From Candidatus Omnitrophota bacterium (GTDB taxonomy: Bacteria > Omnitrophota > Omnitrophia > Omnitrophales > Aquincolibacteriaceae), in the NCBI GenBank assembly GCA_035368605.1, contig DAOSLF010000007.1, positions 13,747-77,746 of the forward strand: 64,000 bases of DNA. The letters run 5' to 3'. The notes under the pieces were generated by a model. That model was not told the origin of the DNA and did not search any database. It worked only from the letters and a program-made list of their open reading frames with translations. Shown in pieces: positions 29,565 through 39,582 of the stretch. Made by a program: the position numbers and the translations under genes. Positions within the stretch are counted from its first letter, which is position 1. Each line of letters starts with the position of its first letter.

Positions 29565-30012
29565 TGAATTTTTCGAGACCGGGAGGCGGACCGGAGAGTT
29601 TCACTTTTGCGATGCGGCGGATCATCTTTTTCCCCGAAGAATCTTCCACATAATCGATCGACACAACCTGACCCGGGCGGAGGTCGCGCAGGCTTTTCAT
29701 GCCGCTCAGCCCGGATTCATTGTCCTTATGGAAGATCAACCGGTGGACCTTGTCGGTCGCGGGATGGCGGAAATCCACCGCGATGCTCAAACTGTCCTCG
29801 GCGGCATGGATCACATGCGCCGAGAGGGTCTTCATGACCGGCTGATCAGCCCAAAGCGGGGGGATCACGAAAAAAAACAAAAACGGGGTCAGGCACCATT
29901 TTTTTAACGGCGCAAAGCCCCGCGCCACACACCGTACGAACCCCTTTATCCTGTGGCCTTGCGGCTTTGCGACGCGCGTCATGTTTTCAGACCTTATCCG
30001 CAGCAGTAGCAC
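29554..30012 (-). CDS. hypothetical secreted protein
   Basis: ORF on the coding strand with a hydrophobic signal-like segment (LTPFLFFFVIPPLWA). No motif recognised. Confidence 0.4.
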   Translation of the reverse strand: MLLLRIRSENMTRVAKPQGHRIKGFVRCVARGFAPLKKWCLTPFLFFFVIPPLWADQPVMKTLSAHVIHAAEDSLSIAVDFRHPATDKVHRLIFHKDNESGLSGMKSLRDLRPGQVVSIDYVEDSSGKKMIRRIAKVKLSGPPPGLEKFNGI

Positions 30013-30524
30013 ACGGCCTTGACGGCCGCGAGCGCCCTGTCGTAATCCGGATGGGTTGTGATCTCCTTGACGTACTCGACATATTTGATCCTGTCATCCG
30101 GCCCGATCACAAAGATCGCGCGCGCGAGCAGCCGCAACTCCCTGATCAGAACACCGTAAGCCGCGCCGAACGAGGCCTGTTGGTGATCCGAGAGCATCTG
30201 GACCTTGTCGATGCCCGCGGTCCCGCACCAGCGTCCTTGCGCAAACGGCAGGTCCATGCTAACCGTCAGGACGGCCACACTCGCCGGGAGTTTCGCGGCC
30301 TCCTGGTTGAACCGCTTTGTCTGAAGCTCACAGACCGGCGTATCGATCGAAGGAACCACGCTCACAAGCCGCGTTTTTCCCCTGGACGACGCGAGCGTCA
30401 CGGGTTTCAGCGCGTTATCCACGGCTGTGAACTCCGGCGCCTTGTCACCCGTCTTGAGTTCCGGACCGATCAGCGTGAGGGGGCTACCCTGAAATGCGGC
30501 AGCGTCTTTTCGTTCCTGTATCAT
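29994..30524 (-). CDS. tpx: thiol peroxidase (Tpx, atypical 2-Cys peroxiredoxin)
   Basis: GDKAPEFTAVD ... PSIDTPVC ... FAQGRWC form the Tpx signature, including the peroxidatic and resolving Cys. Confidence 0.85.
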   Translation of the reverse strand: MIQERKDAAAFQGSPLTLIGPELKTGDKAPEFTAVDNALKPVTLASSRGKTRLVSVVPSIDTPVCELQTKRFNQEAAKLPASVAVLTVSMDLPFAQGRWCGTAGIDKVQMLSDHQQASFGAAYGVLIRELRLLARAIFVIGPDDRIKYVEYVKEITTHPDYDRALAAVKAVCYCCG

Positions 30525-30592
30525 ATTCGCCTCCGTTCATTGCAAAAAACCGGGACGCCCATTTTTGAGAACGGAATCGAGCGTCCTCGTTG

Positions 30593-30955
30593 TTATTTTT
30601 TCTTTTTGGAATACGTCGCGGTGACAACCGTGTGAATGCCGCCACGGACGTAGAAATCCGCCTCAACCGACATCCGGCGCGGCTTCACGGCTCGCACGAG
30701 ATCATCGAGGATCTTGTTCGTGACCGCCTCGTGAAAAGCACCTTCGTTACGGTAACTCCAGAGATAAAGCTTCAGGCTCTTGAGCTCCACACAGAATTCG
30801 TCGGGAGTATAGCGAATGCGGACTATCGCAAAATCAGGCTGTCCCGTTTTCGGACAGAGACACGTGAATTCCGGACACTCGAGGTCGATCTCGTAATCAC
30901 GACGGGGGTTCGGGTTTTTGAATATCCCAAGTTGTTTGGACGGCTGGGTCAACAT
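30593..30955 (-). CDS. queF: NADPH-dependent 7-cyano-7-deazaguanine reductase QueF (type I)
   Basis: [15 protein letters not shown]...E(L)KSLKLYL..RN is the QueF catalytic Cys motif, in a 120-aa protein. I trimmed the start from the 264-aa ORF to MLTQPSK. Confidence 0.85.
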   Translation of the reverse strand: MLTQPSKQLGIFKNPNPRRDYEIDLECPEFTCLCPKTGQPDFAIVRIRYTPDEFCVELKSLKLYLWSYRNEGAFHEAVTNKILDDLVRAVKPRRMSVEADFYVRGGIHTVVTATYSKKKK

Positions 30956-30963
30956 GGGAGCGG

Positions 30964-31557
30964 TCACTTCGCGATAACAAAAATGGCGTTGGCGGCAAAA
31001 AGATTCGGAAAGAACTTCACGACCCTCTTTTTCCCGAGGTATTTCACCTCGAGAACCGTGTAATGTTTTTGCGAGCAGAAGTTCCTGAAATCCTTGATGG
31101 ACAGAAAGCGCAGGTTCGGGGTCCGGTACCACTCGTAAGGAAGCGACGGACTGACGGGGGCACGGCCGCCGAAGAAAAGGATCGACCGGCTCTGGAGATA
31201 GGCGAAATTGGGGAATCCGACGATGACCTTTTTCCCGACCCGGAGCGCCTCCCCAATCACGGTCTCGATCTGTTTGACCTCCTGGAGACTCTGGTTCAGG
31301 ATCACGTAGTCGAAGTCCTGGTCGGGATAATAAGGAAGTCCGCTGTCGATATCGCTGTGGAAGACGCTCAGCCCTTTCTCGACGCACGCGTGAATCGCAT
31401 CGTTCGAGAGCTCCACCCCCTGCGCCTTGATCTTCTTGCCGCGGACGAGCAGTTCGAGAAGCTCCCCGCCGCCGCAGCCGAGGTCCAGAACCTTGGCGCC
31501 GGCTTCGATGATGTCATAGATGACCTTGTGGTCGAGTTTGTTCTTATAGGGTGACAT
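30964..31557 (-). CDS. metW: methionine biosynthesis protein MetW
   Basis: [15 protein letters not shown] and the rest of a MetW-like 197-aa protein, directly downstream of metX. Confidence 0.85.
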   Translation of the reverse strand: MSPYKNKLDHKVIYDIIEAGAKVLDLGCGGGELLELLVRGKKIKAQGVELSNDAIHACVEKGLSVFHSDIDSGLPYYPDQDFDYVILNQSLQEVKQIETVIGEALRVGKKVIVGFPNFAYLQSRSILFFGGRAPVSPSLPYEWYRTPNLRFLSIKDFRNFCSQKHYTVLEVKYLGKKRVVKFFPNLFAANAIFVIAK

Positions 31558-31663
31558 GCGGTACTCCGGTAAAGACCATGATGGTATGCTCCCCGGGGGG
31601 ATTTTTCAAGGGCAAAGACCCGTTCCGGTCCCGACGCGGATCCCCGAGGGACCGGAACTGTTC

Positions 31664-32773
31664 CTATTTCCAGTTCGCGAGAAAATGCTTGATCAGGTGG
31701 ACCTGACGGGAACCTTCGGTTTCGATCAGGAAAGAATCGTGGCCATAACTCGCGTTGATCTCGCAGTAGGTTGCGTCGACATGGTGCATCTTGAGCTGGC
31801 GCACCATATTTTGAGACTGGGACGAGGGATAGAGCCAGTCGGACTTGAAGGCGATCACGAGAAACTTCGTTTGACCGAGGTCTCCTTTTTCGAAGAGCTT
31901 CTCGCCCGACAGGTCGAAAAAATCCATTGCCTTCGTGATGTAAAGATACGAGTTCGCGTCGAAACGCTTCACGAAGTTCTGCCCGCGGTACTGGAGATAG
32001 CCCTCCACCTCAAAGTCGGGTGAGAACTGGAAACCGCCCGTATCCCCCTTGACCCGGCGGGAGAACTTCTTTTCCATCGATTCGTTGCTCATGTAGGTGA
32101 TGTGCCCGAGCATTCGCGCGACGGCAAGACCGTGCTCCGGGATCGCCTTCCCGTAATAATCGCCGCCGTTCCACGCCGGATCAGCCATGATGGCCTGGCG
32201 ACCGACCTCGTTGAAAGCGATCTGTTGCGGGGAGTGCTTCAACGTCGCCGCGATCGGGATCACGCATTTCACCCGCTCCGGATGAAGCGCGGCCCACTGG
32301 AGCGCCAGCATGCCGCCCATGGAACCGCCGAGCACGGCGTAAACCTTGTCAATCCCGAGATGATCGATCAGCTTCACCTGGGCGTTCACCATGTCCCCCA
32401 GCGTCACAACCGGGAAATCCAGGCCGTAGGGCTTGCCTGTCTTCGGATTGACCGACGCGGGGCCCGTGCTTCCTTTGCAACCGCCAAGCACATTGATACA
32501 GATCACGAAATACCGATCCGTATCGAGAGCGCGTCCCGGGCCGATCATAAAATCCCACCAACCCTTGCCCTTGTCCCCCTTGTGGGAACCGGCCGCGTGA
32601 GCATCCCCCGTGAAGGCGTGCATCACGAGGACCGCGTTGTCCTTTTTATCGTTCAGCAAGCCGTAGGTCTCATAGGCGAGCGTCACGGGCGCGATCATCC
32701 GCCCTGACTCGAGCCGGAACTCATGCGCCATTGTGAAATATTTCGTCTCGACCGCCTCAATGCCTTTTGTCAC
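31664..32773 (-). CDS. metX: homoserine O-acetyltransferase MetX
   Basis: Alpha/beta hydrolase with GGSMGGM nucleophile elbow and the conserved MetX N-terminus. Confidence 0.9.
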   Translation of the reverse strand: MTKGIEAVETKYFTMAHEFRLESGRMIAPVTLAYETYGLLNDKKDNAVLVMHAFTGDAHAAGSHKGDKGKGWWDFMIGPGRALDTDRYFVICINVLGGCKGSTGPASVNPKTGKPYGLDFPVVTLGDMVNAQVKLIDHLGIDKVYAVLGGSMGGMLALQWAALHPERVKCVIPIAATLKHSPQQIAFNEVGRQAIMADPAWNGGDYYGKAIPEHGLAVARMLGHITYMSNESMEKKFSRRVKGDTGGFQFSPDFEVEGYLQYRGQNFVKRFDANSYLYITKAMDFFDLSGEKLFEKGDLGQTKFLVIAFKSDWLYPSSQSQNMVRQLKMHHVDATYCEINASYGHDSFLIETEGSRQVHLIKHFLANWK

Positions 32774-33702
32774 TTCGCGTATTCCTCAAACAGCCATGTT
32801 GAAAGATACCGTTCGCCCGTGTCGCAAATAACGGTCACGATTGTTTTCCCTTTCGATTCGGGCCGCTTTGCGATCTCAAGCGACGCCCAAACGTTCGCGC
32901 CCGACGAGATACCGCCGAGAATACCCTCCTGCCTCGCAAGCTGGCGGGCCGTTTCCCCTGCGTCTTCGCTGCGGACCTTCAGGACCTCGTCATAGAGCGT
33001 CGTGTTCAGAACGCCCGGCACGAACCCGGCGCCGATCCCCTGAATCTTGTGCAGGCCGGGTTTCCCGCCCGAAAGCACCGGGGAATCCGCCGGTTCAACG
33101 GCCACGATTTTAACAGAAGGGTTCCTTTTTTTCAGCACTTCTCCCACACCCGTCAGCGTCCCTCCCGTTCCGACCCCCGACACAAACACATCAACCTTGC
33201 CGGCCGTATCGCGCCAGATCTCCTCAGCCGTCGTTTTCCGGTGGACCTCGACATTCGCCGGGCTATTGAACTGCTGGGGCATGAAACTGTCCGGCGTGCT
33301 CGCCTGGATCTCGGCGGCTTTCTCGACCGCGCCGCGCATTCCTTTCGCGCCTTCGGTCAACACGATCTCCGCCCCGAGAATCCTGAGCAATTGGCGGCGC
33401 TCAACGCTCATCGTCTCCGGCATCGTGAGAATCAGTTTATAGCCGCGGGCCGCCGCGACAAACGCGAGCGCGATCCCCGTGTTCCCGCTCGTCGGCTCAA
33501 CGATCGTCGCGCCCGAACGGAGTTTGCCGGTTTTTTCGGCCGCATCGATCATCGCGACCCCGGTCCGGTCTTTCACGCTCGACATCGGGTTCGCGGACTC
33601 GAGCTTCACCAACACCTCGGTGCGGAGCCCCTCCGTCAGGCGGTTAAGCCTGATGAGAGGGGTATCGCCAACCGCCTTTGTCACATCCGCATAAATGCCC
33701 AT
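32770..33702 (-). CDS. cysK: cysteine synthase (O-acetylserine sulfhydrylase) CysK/CysM
   Basis: [11 protein letters not shown]... [14 protein letters not shown] (the PLP lysine motif), ... GTGGT. Confidence 0.9.
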   Translation of the reverse strand: MGIYADVTKAVGDTPLIRLNRLTEGLRTEVLVKLESANPMSSVKDRTGVAMIDAAEKTGKLRSGATIVEPTSGNTGIALAFVAAARGYKLILTMPETMSVERRQLLRILGAEIVLTEGAKGMRGAVEKAAEIQASTPDSFMPQQFNSPANVEVHRKTTAEEIWRDTAGKVDVFVSGVGTGGTLTGVGEVLKKRNPSVKIVAVEPADSPVLSGGKPGLHKIQGIGAGFVPGVLNTTLYDEVLKVRSEDAGETARQLARQEGILGGISSGANVWASLEIAKRPESKGKTIVTVICDTGERYLSTWLFEEYAK

Positions 33703-33920
33703 AAGAAACCTCCCGTGATGATTTTAAAACGCGTAATGCGCGTTCACCGTGAATCCGGCGCCGAACCGGGTGAAGCAACAGTTTCGCCGCAACAAGGTAC
33801 GCGTCCCCACCAACCTTGTGCGTTCCTGACAGTACACGGTCCGTGGTCTTCAGGATGTTGACCTTGAGACCATGCTTGTCCGGCATGATGGCTTCCCCAT
33901 CCGCGATATCTTCTCCTGGC

Positions 33921-35219
33921 TCAGGCGCTCGCTTTTTCGAGGGCCTGATCGATATCCGCGAGAATATCATCGATATGTTCGAGGCCGACCGACAAACGAA
34001 TGAAATCGGGCGTGACGCCGGTCGCGAGACGCTCCTCCTCGGAAAGCTGCTGATGCGTCGTGCTCGCCGGATGGATCGCAAGCGTTTTCGCGTCCCCGAT
34101 ATTCGCAAGATGCGAAATCAGTCCGAGCGAGTCGATAAATTTCCGGCCCGCCCTGAGCCCGCCCTTGATACCGAACCCGATGATCGCGCCGGCACCTTTC
34201 GGAAGGTATTTCCGGGCACGTTCCTTCTCGGGGCTCGACGCAAGACCGGGATAATGGACCCACGCCACTTTCGGGTTCTTCTCGAGGTGCTTCGCGACCG
34301 TAAGAGCGTTCTCCGAGTGCCGCGGCATCCTGAGGTGCAATGTCTCAAAACCCTGCAGGAACAGGAACGAATTGAAAGGAGAAAGCGCGTTCCCGAGGTC
34401 CCGCAGGAGCGTCACCCTCGCTTTGGTGATGTAGGCGATATTACCAAGCGGTTTCAGGGCTTCCACGAAATTGATGCCATGATAGCTCGGGTCCGGACCG
34501 GCGATCAGCGGGAATTTCCCGTTCGTCCAGTCGAATTTTCCGGAATCCACGATAAGACCGCCGAGCGACGTACCGTGTCCCCCGATAAATTTCGTCGCAG
34601 AATACACGACGATGTCCGCCTCGTGATCGAAGGGACGCAGGAGATACGGTGACACGGTATTATCGAGAACAAACGGAAGACCGTTCCTGTGCGCGACCTT
34701 CGCGATCCCCTCGAGATCCGCAACGTCGAGCTTCGGGTTCCCGATCGACTCCGCGTACACGGCCTTCGTCTTCGGCGTGATCGCCTTCTGGATTCCCTGC
34801 AGGTCGTTCGATTTCACAAACCTGACCTTGATGCCGAAACGCGCGAACGTGTAATGGAGCAGGTTATAGGTCCCGCCGTAAAGGTTGTCCGCGGAAACGA
34901 TCTCATCCCCCGCCTGCGCGATATTGAGCAGCGCGAGCGCGATCGCCGACTGGCCGCTCGAAACCGCGAGAGCTCCCACCCCGCCGTCGAACTGCGCGAT
35001 CCTTTTTTCGAGAACGTCGGTTGTCGGGTTCATGAGCCTCGTGTAGATGTTCCCAGCCTCCTTCAAAGCGAAGAGGTTCGCGGCATGTTCCGTGCTTTTG
35101 AACCTGTAGGACGCCGTTTGATAGATCGGGACCGCACACGCGCCCGTCACCGGATCCGCGGTTTGACCGCCGTGTAACGCTATGGTTTCGCTTCTGAACT
35201 GCTTTTGGGTCTCGCTCAT
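33921..35219 (-). CDS. metY: O-acetylhomoserine aminocarboxypropyltransferase (sulfhydrylase) MetY
   Basis: Cys/Met metabolism PLP enzyme (SATKFIGGH lysine motif). I trimmed the start to [19 protein letters not shown]. Confidence 0.9.
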   Translation of the reverse strand: MSETQKQFRSETIALHGGQTADPVTGACAVPIYQTASYRFKSTEHAANLFALKEAGNIYTRLMNPTTDVLEKRIAQFDGGVGALAVSSGQSAIALALLNIAQAGDEIVSADNLYGGTYNLLHYTFARFGIKVRFVKSNDLQGIQKAITPKTKAVYAESIGNPKLDVADLEGIAKVAHRNGLPFVLDNTVSPYLLRPFDHEADIVVYSATKFIGGHGTSLGGLIVDSGKFDWTNGKFPLIAGPDPSYHGINFVEALKPLGNIAYITKARVTLLRDLGNALSPFNSFLFLQGFETLHLRMPRHSENALTVAKHLEKNPKVAWVHYPGLASSPEKERARKYLPKGAGAIIGFGIKGGLRAGRKFIDSLGLISHLANIGDAKTLAIHPASTTHQQLSEEERLATGVTPDFIRLSVGLEHIDDILADIDQALEKASA

Positions 35220-35256
35220 TTTGATACTCCTTTGATCGTACGATGCGCCATTTTGA

Positions 35257-35709
35257 TTAAATGTAATACATGTTCGAGAATTCCACCCGCGCCGATCGCT
35301 CGTTAGCCCGCTCGAGGCTCGTCCCGTCCATGATACCGACGGTGACGTTGTAGAGCTCGCGCATGACGGTGCGGATCGCGCACGAATGCGTGCCCTGGCA
35401 TTCGGGACACTGGGCAATCCTGCCCGGTTCGACGCAGGGAACAGGGGCCATGGAGCCTTCGAACACCCGGATCACGTCGCCGAAACTGATCTGGTCCGGC
35501 GTCCGGGCAAGAAGGTACCCGCCCCCTTTCCCTTTGCGGCTCGTCAGGAGTCCTTTATTCTTGAGCTGGAGCAGGATCACTTCGAGGAATTTCCTCGGGA
35601 TCCCTTCCCTTTCCGATATCTCGGAAGTCAGAGCCGGTTCCTGGGAACCGTGACGGGCCGCCATATAGAGCATTGCTTTCAGAGCATATTTTGTCTTGTT
35701 TGAGATCAT
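35257..35709 (-). CDS. Rrf2 family transcriptional regulator (IscR/CymR-like)
   Basis: Rrf2 wHTH ([13 protein letters not shown] ... [25 protein letters not shown]) and C-terminal Cys ligands ([14 protein letters not shown]). Confidence 0.85.
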   Translation of the reverse strand: MISNKTKYALKAMLYMAARHGSQEPALTSEISEREGIPRKFLEVILLQLKNKGLLTSRKGKGGGYLLARTPDQISFGDVIRVFEGSMAPVPCVEPGRIAQCPECQGTHSCAIRTVMRELYNVTVGIMDGTSLERANERSARVEFSNMYYI

Positions 35710-35710
35710 A

Positions 35711-35738
35711 CCCTATTATTCCTATCGATTTAATAGGG
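35711..35738. promoter_or_regulatory. perfect 8-bp-arm inverted repeat abutting the Rrf2 start codon (candidate operator or RBS-sequestering hairpin)
   Basis: CCCTATTA-ttcctatcgatt-TAATAGGG lies at -2 to -30 relative to the Rrf2 ATG, within an AT-rich intergenic region. Confidence 0.4.
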
Positions 35739-35958
35739 TGATGCTAGTTTAAAAGGTTCCTACTGTCAAATTTTTCTTTGATGTTTCTTCTCCTCTCGCA
35801 TGGCCGGAGCTTCCGGAAAAACTGCGAAGCCTGCGTCATTATTGGTAGATAATTATCTTCTTTTACGGTATCCGGATCGCAAAAACCGCTGACGGGCCTT
35901 CCATAAATGCGGCCGATCGCCTAACCTCTCTCTATCAAACCAGTGAGGAGAGCCGGAC

Positions 35959-36207
35959 ATGCACAACATGGACACGACAAGTGATTGGGAATATGTGATG
36001 CGGGATTTTCTGGAGGTGAAATGCTCTTTAAAGGAACGCGAGCAGGAGTATCTGCTCGACTTTCTGAAGACTAAAGGGGTCAGCGAGAAGCCCGTCCGGA
36101 TCTATCCCGCGTTCTCGGTGGCGGATTGCCTCGTCGTCGTGACGGACGGTATGAAAACCAAGCGCCGCTGGTTCTATCACCGGGGACGGAAAAAGATCGA
36201 AGAATAG
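35959..36207 (+). CDS. hypothetical small protein
   Basis: 82-aa ORF preceded by GAGGAGAG. It lies in the divergent AT-rich intergenic region. No homology recognised. Confidence 0.3.
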   Translation: MHNMDTTSDWEYVMRDFLEVKCSLKEREQEYLLDFLKTKGVSEKPVRIYPAFSVADCLVVVTDGMKTKRRWFYHRGRKKIEE

Positions 36208-36270
36208 CTTCGCGTAACGCTCAACGGCCCTTCGAAGGAAAAAATCGTGCATGCTCTACTTTGCGTTGAT

Positions 36271-37005
36271 CTAAAGACCGGCGGCCTTGCGAAGCGTCTT
36301 TGCCTCGAACGTCGTGAGGTAACGTCCTTCGCCGAGACGAAGACCTTCGACCTTGATGGGACCGAACGAGATACGGATAAGCGTCACGACCTCGTAACCG
36401 AACTTCGAGAACACGCGGCGAATCTGGCGTTTCTTTCCTTCTCTCAACTGTACAAGCACGTGGCGTCTCGAGATCGGCCGGATCTGTTCCAGCTTGAGAA
36501 GCCCGTCAAAAGCATGGAACCCTTTCAGGACACGCAGCGCATCTTCCGGACGCCAGGCCCTGTCCAGGATGACCTCATACCATTTCTCAACGTGATAGCG
36601 TGGATGCAGGAGCCGGTGCGAAAGTTCACCGTCATTCGTAAGAAGGAGAATCCCCATGGAGTCCTTGTCGAGGCGTCCGACAGGGAAAACGCGCACCCTG
36701 CCCCGTCCGCCTTGTCTCGTCGAGTTTACGAGCTGGCGCGGGAGGAGGTCGTAAACGGTCTTTTTCGCGTGGGCATCCTGGGCTGTGACGACATAGCCTT
36801 CAGGCTTGTTCATGATATAGTAAACGTCCGGAGCCGCCTCCAGGACTTTGCCGCGGTAGGCAATGGTGTCTTTCGTGAGGTCCACCTGGCGGCCGAGGTC
36901 TTGCACCACTTCACCGTTCACGGTCACGGCGCCGTTCGTAACGAGGACCTCGCATTTACGCCGCGAACCGAGACCGGCCGTGGCCAGGGCGTGGGCGATC
37001 CTCAT
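36271..37005 (-). CDS. rluB: pseudouridine synthase, RsuA/RluB family (S4 domain)
   Basis: N-terminal S4 domain (RIAHALATAGLGSRRKCEVLV), then the catalytic Asp motif (GRLDKDSMGILLLTNDG). Confidence 0.85.
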   Translation of the reverse strand: MRIAHALATAGLGSRRKCEVLVTNGAVTVNGEVVQDLGRQVDLTKDTIAYRGKVLEAAPDVYYIMNKPEGYVVTAQDAHAKKTVYDLLPRQLVNSTRQGGRGRVRVFPVGRLDKDSMGILLLTNDGELSHRLLHPRYHVEKWYEVILDRAWRPEDALRVLKGFHAFDGLLKLEQIRPISRRHVLVQLREGKKRQIRRVFSKFGYEVVTLIRISFGPIKVEGLRLGEGRYLTTFEAKTLRKAAGL

Positions 37006-37685
37006 CGTTTTCGCAGTTCCGCGTAATGGAGGGTCCGGCCCTCCGCCTCAAATTTCAGTTCGTAGTTGGTTTTCATCGTTCCTCCGAAGATCCTTTCGTC
37101 CTTTGTTTCCCGCACATTCTCCCAGAGTTCCGCCGTCGCAACCATGGCTTCTTTTATTTCCGCATAATAAGCCCCGTCATCGGTCGCGATCTCAAGAAGT
37201 CCGGACGGTGCGAGCCGTGAATGGATCAACTTGAGAAAATCCGCTGTGACGGTCCGGCGGCGGTGATGACGGCGCTTGGGCCACGGGTCCGGGAAATAAA
37301 TATGGACGACGGCGATGCTCGCGGGAGGGACCGCCTCGGTAAGGAACTTCCGGGCCTCGGCCTTCAGGAACCGGATGTTCGCGAGGTCGCATTTCCCGAC
37401 TTTCGTTTCCCCCTTGCGCCGGAACTTGCTGACATAGTCGATCCCGAGGAAATTCGTGTCCGGATTCTCCCGCGCACGTTCCGTGAGGAATTTCCCCTTT
37501 CCGCAGCCGATCTCGAGCTCCACGGGGTTTTTGTTCCCGAAAAGTTCTTCATAAGAAATAACGTCGAACTTCTCGTCCCCAGCACCGAACCGCCCGGAAC
37601 GCCGTCCCTCCGTTGCGGAGGGATCAGCCGGCTTCGTCACCCGCCCCTCATCCGGGGCATCCTTCGTTACCGGCGGCCAAGGCAT
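37002..37685 (-). CDS. trmB: tRNA (guanine46-N7)-methyltransferase TrmB
   Basis: LEIGCGKG..., IYFPDPWPKRRHH.RR are the TrmB signatures. The start is set at MPWPP (37685). The ORF-track extension to 37865 overlaps rlmD. Confidence 0.8.
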   Translation of the reverse strand: MPWPPVTKDAPDEGRVTKPADPSATEGRRSGRFGAGDEKFDVISYEELFGNKNPVELEIGCGKGKFLTERARENPDTNFLGIDYVSKFRRKGETKVGKCDLANIRFLKAEARKFLTEAVPPASIAVVHIYFPDPWPKRRHHRRRTVTADFLKLIHSRLAPSGLLEIATDDGAYYAEIKEAMVATAELWENVRETKDERIFGGTMKTNYELKFEAEGRTLHYAELRKR

Positions 37686-38731
37686 ACCAGCGTCTCCAAA
37701 TGACGGGTCCTCGGGAAGAAATCGAACGGCGTGATCTTCCCGACCGTCCACGTCCCAGCCGTGAGTTTTTTTAGATCGCGGGCGAGCGATACCGGTGAAC
37801 AAGAAAGATAAAAAAGGGATGCAAGTTCCTCCGCGGCATTGAGCGTTTCGATCACGGAGGGACAAAGCCCCGTGCGCGGGGGATCAATCAACGCGACGCG
37901 GTCCCTGCCGGCGGTCTCCTTCAGGACCTCCGGCAGATATTGTTCAACCTGCCCTTCGAGGATCCTCGCGTGTCCAAGTTTATGGTATTCAATATTATGA
38001 CGGGCCAACCGCACCGAATCGTGCCCGGACTCGATCATCACGATCTCTTTCGCGAGGTCCGCCAGGGCGATCCCGAAAAGCCCGACACCGGAATACAGGT
38101 CGAGAAAGACCGTCTCCCGCGTCCACCGGATATTGTCCGCGAGATGCCCGACGATCTTCCCGAGGATCGAAAGGTTCGCCTGGAAAAACGTGTCGAGCGA
38201 ATAAAAGATCCTGCGGCCGCGGAGAGTCACTGAAAAATAATCCTCTTGCGGCATCCTGAGCGACCTCCGGCCGATACCACCCCAGGCGACCTTCCCGGCT
38301 TCACCGACGCGGACCGTGAGATTCGCGTTCCGGTATTCCCCCGCTTCCGCTTTCGAGACGGCTTCCTTTCGAAGCTCCGGCAAAAAATCATTGATCTCGT
38401 GGCGCGCGATCGGGCAGGCGGTCACCTCCTCGAGACGGTGCGTGTTCTCGAGCATGAATCCCATTTTCCAGCCACCGTCCCGGTCCTTGCGAAGCGTGAG
38501 GTCCAGGCGATTCCGGTAATGATAGAAATCCGGTGAAGGCACGACGGATTCAATGACCTCGGGATCGAGGCCTTCCAAGGCGTCCGTCAGAAGCGCGCGG
38601 AGAGCCCCGGCTTTCAGGACAAGTTCATCCTCATACGGGATATCCTGGTACTTGCAACCACCGCAGGTCCCGAAAAGGGCACAGGCCGGCTTGATCTTTG
38701 GAATACGTGAAGTGTCACAAACGGTCAGCAT
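37667..38731 (-). CDS. 23S rRNA (uracil-C5)-methyltransferase RlmD/RumA family (Fe-S, class I SAM MTase)
   Basis: N-terminal Cys cluster (CALFGTCGGCKYQ ... C), a SAM-binding DLYSGVGLFG motif, and a catalytic PPR...C motif near the C-terminus. Confidence 0.8.
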   Translation of the reverse strand: MLTVCDTSRIPKIKPACALFGTCGGCKYQDIPYEDELVLKAGALRALLTDALEGLDPEVIESVVPSPDFYHYRNRLDLTLRKDRDGGWKMGFMLENTHRLEEVTACPIARHEINDFLPELRKEAVSKAEAGEYRNANLTVRVGEAGKVAWGGIGRRSLRMPQEDYFSVTLRGRRIFYSLDTFFQANLSILGKIVGHLADNIRWTRETVFLDLYSGVGLFGIALADLAKEIVMIESGHDSVRLARHNIEYHKLGHARILEGQVEQYLPEVLKETAGRDRVALIDPPRTGLCPSVIETLNAAEELASLFYLSCSPVSLARDLKKLTAGTWTVGKITPFDFFPRTRHLETLVCLGRR

Positions 38732-38860
38732 GATGGCGCCTAGTTTACGGACAAGCCCCGGCGCCGTCGAGGGTTGTTTTCACCCCCTCCACCCCACGCT
38801 GTCGAATAAATTCAACCGCATGGGTTGATGGCCGTCCCGAACAACGTTATACTGCCCGCC

Positions 38861-39217
38861 ATGGACGGAAAAATCTTCATCCAGGGTCTCGAAACAAACT
38901 GTATTATCGGCACGCTCCCCGGAGAACGCCGCCGGAAACAAAAGATCGTGGTCGACCTCGGGTTCCCTGCCCCGGTTAAAAAACCCGCGAAGACCGATGA
39001 CCTTCGCGATGCCCTTAATTACAAAGCGATCGCGGAACGGGTTGCGAGCTTCGTCTCAGGAAGCCGTTTTTACCTCATTGAGACTCTCGCAGAACGCCTT
39101 GCGGCCCTTCTCCTGAAGGAATTCTCTCTCGGAAGCATTACTCTCAGGGTTTCCAAACCGAAGGCTCTCGGGAACGCGCGAAATGTCGGGGTGGAAATCG
39201 TAAGGAAATCGGCTTAA
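38861..39217 (+). CDS. folB: dihydroneopterin aldolase FolB
   Basis: MDGKIFIQGLE...GTLPGER...QKIVVDL is typical FolB. It may begin at 38825. Confidence 0.8.
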   Translation: MDGKIFIQGLETNCIIGTLPGERRRKQKIVVDLGFPAPVKKPAKTDDLRDALNYKAIAERVASFVSGSRFYLIETLAERLAALLLKEFSLGSITLRVSKPKALGNARNVGVEIVRKSA

Positions 39218-39519
39218 AGCGCGAGAGCGGCGTACTTGGCGTAAGGGGCCCCGCCACATACCATATCCATCGTCCCGCCGATGATCCCGCTCACCATTCT
39301 CGCGGTCCCGCGGATCACGCCCGTCACAATCCCGAACGGGAACATCACTCGGCCGGAATCCTGGAGGATCGCCGCCGGAATGGCCAGCGTACTGCCGAGC
39401 ACCCGGCTGGCCCCCCGCTGGATGTAGGCCATATTCCTCGCGTCGGAAGCAAACACCCGCGGGAGTGGACCCGCTGCAATCAGCGTCGTCAGGATCAGCA
39501 TCGTCGCAAGCTTCTTCAT
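39214..39519 (-). CDS. hypothetical small secreted Gly-rich protein
   Basis: Only the last 101 aa of the 424-aa minus-strand ORF (which is otherwise antisense to hldD) form a plausible gene. That segment is MKKLATMLILTTLIAAGPLP signal peptide plus a Gly/Ala-rich mature part. Confidence 0.35.
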   Translation of the reverse strand: MKKLATMLILTTLIAAGPLPRVFASDARNMAYIQRGASRVLGSTLAIPAAILQDSGRVMFPFGIVTGVIRGTARMVSGIIGGTMDMVCGGAPYAKYAALAL

Positions 39520-39582
39520 GGCAGGTGTATCGGCATTTAAAGTATTGAACTTTCGGGGAATTTGGATACCATGTTCCCCCAT

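Noticed and set aside
33703-33920. SAM riboswitch upstream of cysK
   Set aside because: I could not find the conserved S-box or SAM-II sequence elements by inspection. It is kept only as a low-interest finding pending Rfam search.
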